This document shows, in pieces, positions 9,318 to 17,058 of a stretch of DNA of 46,050 bases. Position 1 is the stretch's first letter; the number at the start of each line of letters is the position of its first letter. The DNA comes from an uncultured Mageeibacillus sp. (GTDB lineage Bacteria > Bacillota > Clostridia > Saccharofermentanales > DTU023): contig CAYFQU010000005.1 in the NCBI GenBank assembly GCA_964345335.1, positions 1 to 46,050 of the forward strand, given 5' to 3'. The notes under the pieces are model-generated. The model was not told the origin of the DNA. It ran no database searches and was given only the letters and a program-made list of their open reading frames with translations. The translations under genes were made by a program, and so were the position numbers.

Positions 9318-10816
9318 AAACATTTTTTTCTAATCTTCTATTTTGCCTCATGTTTGTTTACTTAACCTATACAACCTGGTTGGATTTAGAAAATCTGGGC
9401 ATGCCGATCATCATTTTCTGCGGACTGTTAATCTGTTTTGGTTTCACAATTTATTTGAGAGGTAAACAAAACGCTGCAAAAATTGAACAGTATCGTATCT
9501 TATTGGAATATTTGAGCAGCCGTATCTCTGCCGGTCACACTTTGGAATCGTGCTTGTCTGAAGCCTATGCTCGTTTAAAGCATGAACTCGGCTTCAAAAG
9601 CACATTGGGAAAATGCTTAAAACAATTGGAACAAGCCATGCATGCACATTTAGATTTAGATCGCTGTCTGGAAATGTTAAAAAAGAATTTTCATTGTCAA
9701 ACCAGTGATGCCTTTTTTGATGTTTTACCCTATCTAAACCACTATGGCGGACGCTTGGACATCTTTATCAAGCAAACTTATAAAACGCTGAATGCAGAAA
9801 TTCAAATGCAAAAAGATATCGCCGCCGAACAAAATGCGCAGAAAAGTGAAGCCTTGATCTTGATTTTTTTACCGTTTCTTTTCTCTCTGATTTTGATCAG
9901 GCACGGTAGCTCCTATGCGCAGTCTTTAACGAATGTAGCCTGGAGCAAAATACTGTTGGCTGTTATTTTTGTCATTTCGCATCTTTCAATTTTTATCGCT
10001 TTATTAATTTGGGCACAGAATCCAGTACGAATAAATAATAAAGATATTTTTATTGAATTGAAAGATAAGGCTTGTCGAAGCCGTTTTGTAAAATATAGCG
10101 CGCAGTTTATTTTAAGTTATTTACCTTTAAAATTCGGTTATCATTTAGCGGACAGCGTACGTATTTTATCTCAAAACCAAACAGAATCGTGGCAGAAGTA
10201 TATACGGAAAAAAATAATACTCATCGTACTCTGCTTTCTTTTCACTGCTTGTTTATTTTCAATGCAGCTGATCAACTTGTCAGTTGCTCTGATTTGCATA
10301 ATTGGAATATGGTTTTTACCGGATTTTGATATTTTTTATCGTGAAAGTAAATTAAAAGAACAAATTCGTATTGAATACCCGACTTTTTTAAATTCGATGG
10401 TCATTTTATTGCGCAGTGGTTTGAGTTTGGATAGAAGTTTACGTTTAATGATTGATTCAGTACACGGGAAGGTAAATTCTCAACTCAAAAATGACTTATT
10501 AAAGATCAGGCATCATCTCAGTGTAGGTGACAGTGCCTCCTATGCAATCAGTTCAATTACAGATAATCTACCGCAGGAAGAAATTGCCTCTATTTTGCAA
10601 TTGATGACTCGCTATGATCGTGATGGTGGTAAAGAAATTTTAGATATTTTAGATATTCAGGCAAATGCCAGCTGGCAATTATATAGAAATGCGATGCGCA
10701 GACGTCTGCAAAGAAAAAATATGGGTTTATTGTTACCGATGACACTCGACTTGTTCATCGTGATTATCATGGCGATGCTGCCGGCTGTCGCCAGCTTAGC
10801 CGATATCACTCTATAA
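9305..10816 (+). CDS. Fused TadB-TadC-like platform protein (two T2SS-F-type repeats)
   Basis: 503 aa, polytopic. Two cytoplasmic helical modules (YRILLEYLSSRISAGHTLESCL.. and EYPTFLNSMVILLRSGLSLDRSL..) are each followed by TM segments. It overlaps the ATPase gene by 13 nt. Confidence 0.7.
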   Translation: MAAVKTFFSNLLFCLMFVYLTYTTWLDLENLGMPIIIFCGLLICFGFTIYLRGKQNAAKIEQYRILLEYLSSRISAGHTLESCLSEAYARLKHELGFKSTLGKCLKQLEQAMHAHLDLDRCLEMLKKNFHCQTSDAFFDVLPYLNHYGGRLDIFIKQTYKTLNAEIQMQKDIAAEQNAQKSEALILIFLPFLFSLILIRHGSSYAQSLTNVAWSKILLAVIFVISHLSIFIALLIWAQNPVRINNKDIFIELKDKACRSRFVKYSAQFILSYLPLKFGYHLADSVRILSQNQTESWQKYIRKKIILIVLCFLFTACLFSMQLINLSVALICIIGIWFLPDFDIFYRESKLKEQIRIEYPTFLNSMVILLRSGLSLDRSLRLMIDSVHGKVNSQLKNDLLKIRHHLSVGDSASYAISSITDNLPQEEIASILQLMTRYDRDGGKEILDILDIQANASWQLYRNAMRRRLQRKNMGLLLPMTLDLFIVIIMAMLPAVASLADITL

Positions 10817-10830
10817 TCAGAAAGGAAATT

Positions 10831-11022
10831 ATGATGGAAAAACAAAATGGGATCAAAAAGAAATTACAAGATAACAGCGGTTTAGGGACTTTGGAAATTG
10901 TCTTAATTATTGCCGTGCTCGTCGCAGTGGCCTTAATCTTCCGCACACAGTTGACGAGTTTTGCTAACAGTTTAATCGAAAAAGTTTTCGATTATTCAAT
11001 CATTGACAGTATTTCATATTGA
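10831..11022 (+). CDS. flp: Flp/Flp1-like type IVc prepilin
   Basis: 63 aa. A charged leader MMEKQNGIKKKLQDNSG is followed by LGTLEIVLIIAVLVAVALIF, so Gly then Glu at +5 after a predicted G|L cleavage. RBS aaagga. Confidence 0.7.
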   Translation: MMEKQNGIKKKLQDNSGLGTLEIVLIIAVLVAVALIFRTQLTSFANSLIEKVFDYSIIDSISY

Positions 11023-12122
11023 CGGTAGGAAACAAAATGCTTGATTTTTATAAAATAAAGGTTCAATTGAATGAAATGCAGAAGCTCGCACTTCTGCATT
11101 TTCAACAACAAAATATTCCGTTTAGCAAGCAAATCATTCTATATAGTGGCCCTGAGCAAGAACAGGAATATTTGTTATTAGAAAGGAGTGAAACAAACAG
11201 AATTTTATTGCATGTCATAGAGTATTTACAAGAAAAAAAGGCAGAGTGGCGATATCCTTCTTGTTTATGCCTTTTACACTCTCTGAATCAACAAATGCTT
11301 TTCCTTGAAGAGCATTTTTTAGCGGCCAATCTGAATTTACTGCAAACAGGACTGCTCGAGATAGATCAAACTTTCATAGAAAAGTTTTTAGAAGATCCGA
11401 TAAATTTATTGCGAGATGCAGATATTACAGTACATCATCAAATGTTGCATTGGTACATACTGCCACAGGAAGTGGATTTCAATTTAGACGAAATACTGCC
11501 AAGCCAAGAAAGTATTTGGCAAGGTTTAAGTCAATTAGATCCTTCTCATCATGAATTATATCAAATGCACGAACAATTCAACAAAGCCGGCAAATGGAAA
11601 GAAGCCGATCAACTTCTACTCCCTCATATTATGAAATTCAAAGAAAATATGCCTGATAAAACATTGCAACAACAAAATAGAAAGCCAAAAAGCAGAGCAA
11701 AGAAATCTATATTCTCATATTTCGCGAAAATTAAAAATCTAAAAACAGGTAAAAGTATTTATCAGGAAGAAAAAACAATACCTTTGAATCCTCAAGAGGA
11801 ACTGTTTCGCCTAGCAATGATTTCAGAAGGGATACCGGGTACCGTCGAAGAAAATGAAGGTTTAAGAGCTTTCATCTTAATCAATGAATTTCTAATTGGT
11901 CGAGATGGAAAAATCTGTGATTTATGCTTATCGGAAAAAACAGTGGGTAGAATTCATGCCAGAATTTCCAGACATGGATCTCATTATTTTATTGAAGATT
12001 TAGGTTCAGCCAACGGCACTTATTTAGACGGAAAAAAGCTCAACAAACATCAAACATATCTGTTGCCGGATTATTGTCGTTTGAAGTTTGCCGAGCTGGC
12101 TTTCTATTTTATCGTTGATTGA
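11019..12122 (+). CDS. FHA-domain protein with an unrecognised N-terminal region of about 270 aa
   Basis: The C-terminus carries FHA signatures (VGRIHARISRHGSHYFIEDLGSANGTYLDGKKL). The ORF-track start is a TTG overlapping the pilin stop. The ATG at 11037 (MLDFYK) has a better RBS (aggaaac) and is the likelier start. No TM segment is evident. Confidence 0.75.
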   Translation: MTVGNKMLDFYKIKVQLNEMQKLALLHFQQQNIPFSKQIILYSGPEQEQEYLLLERSETNRILLHVIEYLQEKKAEWRYPSCLCLLHSLNQQMLFLEEHFLAANLNLLQTGLLEIDQTFIEKFLEDPINLLRDADITVHHQMLHWYILPQEVDFNLDEILPSQESIWQGLSQLDPSHHELYQMHEQFNKAGKWKEADQLLLPHIMKFKENMPDKTLQQQNRKPKSRAKKSIFSYFAKIKNLKTGKSIYQEEKTIPLNPQEELFRLAMISEGIPGTVEENEGLRAFILINEFLIGRDGKICDLCLSEKTVGRIHARISRHGSHYFIEDLGSANGTYLDGKKLNKHQTYLLPDYCRLKFAELAFYFIVD

Positions 12123-12135
12123 TGAATTTATAAAA

Positions 12136-12765
12136 TTATTTTGTGCCGAATAAGCGGTCGCCTGCATCGCCCAGGCCCGGGACGATATAAGCATGTTCAT
12201 TCAGACCGTCATCTTTCGCAGCACAGAAAATAGGTACATCCGGATGCTCTTTATGTAAACGTTCAATCCCTTCCGGAGCTGCGATAATACACATAAATTT
12301 AATCGAAGTGATACCTTTTTTCTTTAATTGATTCACCGCGTCAATTGCTGAAGCACCTGTTGCCAACATCGGATCTAATAAAATAACATCTCTTTTATCG
12401 ACATCGGCAGGCAATTTACAATAATATTCTACCGCTTCTAAAGTCTCAGGGTCACGGTATAAGCCAATATGTCCTACTCTTGCCATTGGGATCAAATCAA
12501 GCATACCGTCAACCATGCCCAAACCTGCTCTAAGAATCGGAATCAAAGCAATTTTCTTGCCGGCAATTACTTTAGCATGTGCCTTACCGACCGGTGTCTC
12601 CACTTCAATTTCTTTTAACGGCAGATCGCGCGTAACTTCATAAGCCATCAATCTCGCAACTTCACGTACTAATTCTCTGAATTCTTTGGTCGGAGTATTC
12701 TTATCTCTCATTAAACTAATCTTATGCTGAATTAAGGGATGATCAAATATAAAAACGTTTTCCAT
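12136..12765 (-). CDS. upp: Uracil phosphoribosyltransferase
   Basis: 209 aa with canonical UPRTase blocks ([36 protein letters not shown]). Confidence 0.95.
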   Translation of the reverse strand: MENVFIFDHPLIQHKISLMRDKNTPTKEFRELVREVARLMAYEVTRDLPLKEIEVETPVGKAHAKVIAGKKIALIPILRAGLGMVDGMLDLIPMARVGHIGLYRDPETLEAVEYYCKLPADVDKRDVILLDPMLATGASAIDAVNQLKKKGITSIKFMCIIAAPEGIERLHKEHPDVPIFCAAKDDGLNEHAYIVPGLGDAGDRLFGTK

Positions 12766-12886
12766 AAAGCCCTCCTGTATTTATCTCTCATCATTTTACA
12801 AAATTTAAAGTTCATAAACAATGACTCTTTTATACATATTCGAAGATTTCTGCAAAAAAGCGTTCAAAGTATTGATGTCAAAAGCT

Positions 12887-12914
12887 ATAATACCGTTTTC
12901 CACAAAAATGTTAA
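12887..12914 (-). promoter_or_regulatory. Candidate upp promoter (TTAACA-16 nt-TATTAT)
   Basis: On the - strand the sequence reads TTAACA tttttgtggaaaacgg TATTAT. The -35 lies inside the tandem ATGTTAATA repeat. Confidence 0.3.
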
Positions 12915-13150
12915 TAATGTTAATAACTATGTGTATAACTATGGCAACAAGCTTTCAGAGATTTACTATCAGAAAAGCCTATGAGTATAAGGCTTAAATT
13001 GATAGATCCATTTTTATTGAAAACAAACATATATTCAAATGCACAGGAAATCCTATTGTATCAAGCCTTTTACAGTTTCCTTCAAGATATGACAAAAATT
13101 CATTGTCCGTGCCTGAAGGACAACTCGCACTGTTGTCATAACAACTGTTT

Positions 13151-14431
13151 TTATCTTTTCTTAAATCTGAAATAGTGAAATAAAGTACAACGCATGCCGC
13201 CATTGTATAATTTTCTTCTTTTGTCAGCTGAATGTCCGATTGTTTTTTCAAAATCCTCATCGGAAGTAATTAAAGCTAAACGCATTCCTTTGCGCAAATC
13301 ACCGGACTTGTTAAAACAAATTTTACGAATCTCAGATTCCAGAAGATTTGCTTCTTCTTCATTCCCTAAGCGTTTCCCATAAGGGGGATTTGTGGTGATT
13401 AAAATACGTTCCGTTCCTGCCTTATGCAAAACATCTGTATAATTTAACTGTACAATATCCTGTACCGTAAAATCGATATAATCCGCTACTCCGGCACGCT
13501 CTGCACATTGTTTCGCATATGAAATTGTTTCAGGCGAAATATCCGAACCAAAAATTCTGTTTTTTTCCTTTGCAGAAATCAACTCGTTAGTTTCACCTGA
13601 TCGATACAATTCAGGGTGATAGAGCAGAGATTTTCTTTTGGCAATTTCCCTTTGCCGATCAAACGCACTTTTACCGATTAATTGGTATTTTTCCGCAATA
13701 AAATGCCGTTTTATTCCGGGAGCCGTATTTGTCGCGAGCAAAGCCGCTTCAATCAAAAAGGTACCGCTGCCGCAAAACGGATCAAATAAAACTTCTTGAT
13801 TTTTTATATTGCGTTGATAAAAAGCAATCTGCAGAATTGCCGCCGCCAAGGTTTCTTTCAGAGGTGCCTCATGTGCTAAGGGACGATATCCTCTTTTATG
13901 CAAACCATCTCCCGAAGTATCCATGCGCATTCTGACAATATCATTGACAATAGAAAATTGAATGCGATTAATACCCGTACGATGATTTTCCGGAACTTTA
14001 TTGGTACCGTACTGAAACTCTTGCCTTAATTTCTCTATGATCGCTTTTTTAATAATTCTCTGACAAGCAGGGACACCAAACAGTTTTGACTTGCGGCTAT
14101 GACCGTTGACTTCAATAAAAAAATCACGATCCAGCCAATCCTGCCAAGGTAAAGCAAATGTCTCATCATATAACTGATCGAAAGTGACCGCTTTAAATTC
14201 CGCAAGCCCCAACAAAACTCTTTCAGCCGTTCTGATATTAAAATTTAAGCGGGCAATCAGATCGGGCATTCGGCTGACTTCATCCAGATGTAAACAAACT
14301 TCCGCATCGTCTACGGTAATCTGTGATTTTTCGAAACCCAGATCGATTAATTCTTTAGCAGTGATCGATTCAATCCCGAATAAAGTGGGCAAATAAATTT
14401 TATCAAGCAAATTTTTTCTCCTGCCTGTCAA
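13151..14431 (-). CDS. THUMP-domain class I SAM-dependent RNA methyltransferase (YpsC/RlmL-like)
   Basis: 426 aa with an N-terminal THUMP-like region, SAM-binding DPFCGSGTFLIEAA and the catalytic NPPYGKRLG motif. Confidence 0.8.
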   Translation of the reverse strand: MTGRRKNLLDKIYLPTLFGIESITAKELIDLGFEKSQITVDDAEVCLHLDEVSRMPDLIARLNFNIRTAERVLLGLAEFKAVTFDQLYDETFALPWQDWLDRDFFIEVNGHSRKSKLFGVPACQRIIKKAIIEKLRQEFQYGTNKVPENHRTGINRIQFSIVNDIVRMRMDTSGDGLHKRGYRPLAHEAPLKETLAAAILQIAFYQRNIKNQEVLFDPFCGSGTFLIEAALLATNTAPGIKRHFIAEKYQLIGKSAFDRQREIAKRKSLLYHPELYRSGETNELISAKEKNRIFGSDISPETISYAKQCAERAGVADYIDFTVQDIVQLNYTDVLHKAGTERILITTNPPYGKRLGNEEEANLLESEIRKICFNKSGDLRKGMRLALITSDEDFEKTIGHSADKRRKLYNGGMRCTLFHYFRFKKR

Positions 14432-14787
14432 CTGTATTGACTAGGTTTAGGCTTATCTTTCCGCTCAATACGATAGGTATCATGCAAGACAAACTCATCA
14501 TGTTCAAAACGATACCATGATTTTTTTTCAGCAGAATAACAATCCCAAACACCTGTCTCTGAAATCGTGTCGGGCTGACAGGATTCTTTTACCGTAAAAG
14601 TGATGCAATCTCCGTTTTTAAAGCAATAATCATAGCTGACAACTTGATAAATATGACCTTCCGGTTGTAAATAATAAGGAGCATCATTTTTAGAAAAAGA
14701 TGATATATCTGTTCTTTGCTCCAACCGAGAAAGAGCTTCTTTCGGCTCTAAATGCGTCAACTCCTTCACTAATTCAAATAATTCCAT
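14428..14787 (-). CDS. Hypothetical protein
   Basis: 119 aa with RBS gaggtg at 8 nt and a 4-nt overlap (ATGA type) with the methyltransferase gene. I recognise no motif. Confidence 0.5.
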   Translation of the reverse strand: MELFELVKELTHLEPKEALSRLEQRTDISSFSKNDAPYYLQPEGHIYQVVSYDYCFKNGDCITFTVKESCQPDTISETGVWDCYSAEKKSWYRFEHDEFVLHDTYRIERKDKPKPSQYS

Positions 14788-15239
14788 GGATTTGTCACCT
14801 CATCATTTATGCATCATTTTAGCATATATAGATGATCTTTTTTTAGTGTTTGTTACAGCATAAGATTAATTTAAATTTATTTTTGAATCTTACAATCCTG
14901 TTTTTTATAATTGTATATATATTTTGACGGCAATTCCCAAAAATCATCAAGAAAAATCAAACCTGCTAAATTTATCTGAGGAAGAAGTAATTCAGTCCCC
15001 TGCCCAAAGTAACTTCAAGTCTCAGCGGTCTTTTCTTTTTCACAGAAAAATATTTTATCGTTTTTGTCGGTAAAAATAGACTTCGATGATTATTAAGCAG
15101 ACACTTTTGATAAAAAGTATTGCGAAAACAGCTCTTTTCCTCTCTTACATAAGATTTATCGTTATAATAATTATTATCTAAAAATTATATATTGTTAGAT
15201 CATTAGACTACTTTTGTTATTGTATAAAGGAGAGGTGAA

Positions 15240-15551
15240 ATGAAAGATATAAATTTCGGTGTAAAATTAGAAGTAATTTCTCATAATTATCAAGGTTATT
15301 TTGGCGATCCTTACGGCTTTGAAGAATTTTTATACGGTACTAAATCAAAAAATTCTTATTTATTGGTAGGTAAAGGCGGTCATGAATCAAAATATCCTCA
15401 AAATGAAATCAGAGAGTTAACCAGAAAACAGGCTCAAGACTATTTAACGGAAATCGTTGGTGAAGAAGAAGCTTTAAAAATCATTCCTCAACAAGGAAAA
15501 AAGGTGACTAAAAAGACTGTTAAGAAATCTACCAAGCCTAAGACAAAATAA
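15240..15551 (+). CDS. Hypothetical small protein with a Lys-rich tail
   Basis: 103 aa with a strong RBS (aaaggagaggtg). The C-terminus is KKVTKKTVKKSTKPKTK. I recognise no family. Confidence 0.5.
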   Translation: MKDINFGVKLEVISHNYQGYFGDPYGFEEFLYGTKSKNSYLLVGKGGHESKYPQNEIRELTRKQAQDYLTEIVGEEEALKIIPQQGKKVTKKTVKKSTKPKTK

Positions 15552-15603
15552 AAGCCGGGCATAGTAGCTCATCTTTTGAAATCGTAGTAAAATGATTGAG
15601 TAC

Positions 15604-15680
15604 GTCTCCGTAGCTCAGCAGGATAGAGCGTCCGCCTCCTAAGCGGAAGGCCGGCGGTTCAAATCCGCCCGGGGATACCA
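15604..15680 (+). tRNA. tRNA-Arg(CCT)
   Basis: The full cloverleaf can be parsed by hand: acceptor GTCTCCG/CGGGGAT, D-arm GCTC..GAGC, anticodon stem TCCGC/GCGGA with loop CTCCTAA (anticodon CCT), T-arm GGCGG-TTCAAAT-CCGCC, discriminator A and an encoded CCA. Confidence 0.93.
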
Positions 15681-15681
15681 A

Positions 15682-15716
15682 AAAGCACTGTTATACAAGG
15701 ATAGCAGTGCTTTTTA
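15682..15716 (+). terminator. Rho-independent terminator after tRNA-Arg(CCT)
   Basis: Stem aaagcactg / cagtgcttt followed by a T-run. Confidence 0.75.
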
Positions 15717-15732
15717 TAATATTGCTTATAAA

Positions 15733-15771
15733 CAACAAAAAATTTAAGATTGATTTTTATAAAATCAATCT
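15733..15771 (-). terminator. Rho-independent terminator of the oxidoreductase gene
   Basis: An 11-bp stem agattgatttt / aaaatcaatct with a 3-nt loop overlaps the stop codon. On the - strand it is followed by taaatttttt. Confidence 0.65.
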
Positions 15772-16858
15772 ATTCCACACCCGCATCGCAATAGAGTGCT
15801 TCGACCAGGCGCAGAGCTTCTAAGCCGCTGTGACCATCGGCTAAAGGCGGCTGCCCGCTTTCAATACTCTTTAGCAGATCAAATAAAATGCCTGTATGAG
15901 GATTGGTAATTTGTTTCAAGGATGAAAAGCCCAATGTTTTGATACGCTTGCCCAAATCTTTTTTTAGATAATAATATTTCAATTCTTTTTGTGCATCATC
16001 TAAAATCGAAAATTTCATTTTTTTCTTGATCAGCGAAGCTCGAATTTCTCCTTTTTCATACTTGACAAAAAAACCTGCCTCAGGCCTGTCTTTATGAGTA
16101 TTGGTCGTGCCTTCGAGCAAAAGCCAAATATCATTCGCGAAGGAAAAAATCCCCATCCCTAAATCTTCCGATTCCATTTGATGAATTTGTGTGCTGACAT
16201 AGCCTTTGGCAGATAGGAGTTGCGGTTCACCGAGCAACCAGCGCAATAAATCCAAAGCATGAATGCTTTGATTCATAATCGCGCCTCCGTCGAGTGCTCT
16301 CGTACCGCGCCAAGCTGCCTGATCATAATAAGCCTGATCATGTCCCCAGCGCACCTGGACATTGCCATAAAGGGCTTTGCCAAATCTACCTTTCTGTAAA
16401 TCTTGCATAAACTCTTGCAAAACCGGGAAATAGCGATAAATATGCCCGACCGCTATTTGGCATTGATTGACTTCAGCCAGAGACAATAATTCTTCTGCTT
16501 CAGCTATTTTCAGCGTGATCGGCTTTTCGACCAAAACATGACAATGCTGCCTTAAAGCTATTTTCGCTTGCTCATAATGTAAACCGGAAGGTGTTGTAAT
16601 TAGGACAATATCAATCTTTTCACCCATTTCATTCGTCCGTTCGAACATTTCTTCAAGGCTATGAAAATGCAGTACTGTATTCTTTCCTCGATATTGCTCA
16701 AGAATCATGTCGGCATTTTTCTTCAGAGGGTCTACAACAGCAAAAAGTTCTACCTTAAAATCATTCTTTTTACGTTTTTTCAGAAAAAAATGAATAGCTT
16801 TGAGATGCTTTTTAGCAATTTTCCCACATCCAACCAGAGTAATTTTATATGTTTTCAT
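15770..16858 (-). CDS. Gfo/Idh/MocA family NAD(P)-dependent oxidoreductase
   Basis: 362 aa with an N-terminal Rossmann motif (ITLVGCGKIAKKH) and the family blocks EKPITL and GGAIMNQSIHALD. Confidence 0.75.
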   Translation of the reverse strand: MKTYKITLVGCGKIAKKHLKAIHFFLKKRKKNDFKVELFAVVDPLKKNADMILEQYRGKNTVLHFHSLEEMFERTNEMGEKIDIVLITTPSGLHYEQAKIALRQHCHVLVEKPITLKIAEAEELLSLAEVNQCQIAVGHIYRYFPVLQEFMQDLQKGRFGKALYGNVQVRWGHDQAYYDQAAWRGTRALDGGAIMNQSIHALDLLRWLLGEPQLLSAKGYVSTQIHQMESEDLGMGIFSFANDIWLLLEGTTNTHKDRPEAGFFVKYEKGEIRASLIKKKMKFSILDDAQKELKYYYLKKDLGKRIKTLGFSSLKQITNPHTGILFDLLKSIESGQPPLADGHSGLEALRLVEALYCDAGVE

Positions 16859-17058
16859 AATCTTCCTTTATCGCTTAAATCTTAAATACTAATTCTATTT
16901 TATTCATTATAAATTAATTTGTCTTGCTGATTTTTTCAAGGTAAACTGATAAAGATAAGGAAATAAATCAATAAAATCATAAATAAATTATTTTGAACAA
17001 AAATTTAATCTATCGAAGTCGGGCTGATTCATTTTAGCCGCAAGAAATAGAGGTTAAT

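Noticed and set aside
9305-9470. The N-terminus of the TadB-TadC fusion (TWLDLENLGMPIIIF) is faintly reminiscent of the first Asp motif of TadV/A24 prepilin peptidases.
   Set aside because: No second catalytic GxGD-type motif is present and there are too few TM segments before the first T2SS-F module. It is most likely just the N-terminal anchor of TadB.
12739-13175. Two + strand ORFs (81 aa and 64 aa) in the upp upstream spacer.
   Set aside because: They have no RBS and an Asn/Tyr/Ile-rich composition that reflects AT-rich non-coding DNA. The first overlaps the upp start on the opposite strand.
15604-15680. tRNA-Arg(CCT) as an integration site for a mobile element, given the adjacent orphan genes and AT-rich DNA.
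   Set aside because: There is no integrase, recombinase or phage gene nearby. I could not find a direct repeat of the tRNA 3' end elsewhere in the window.
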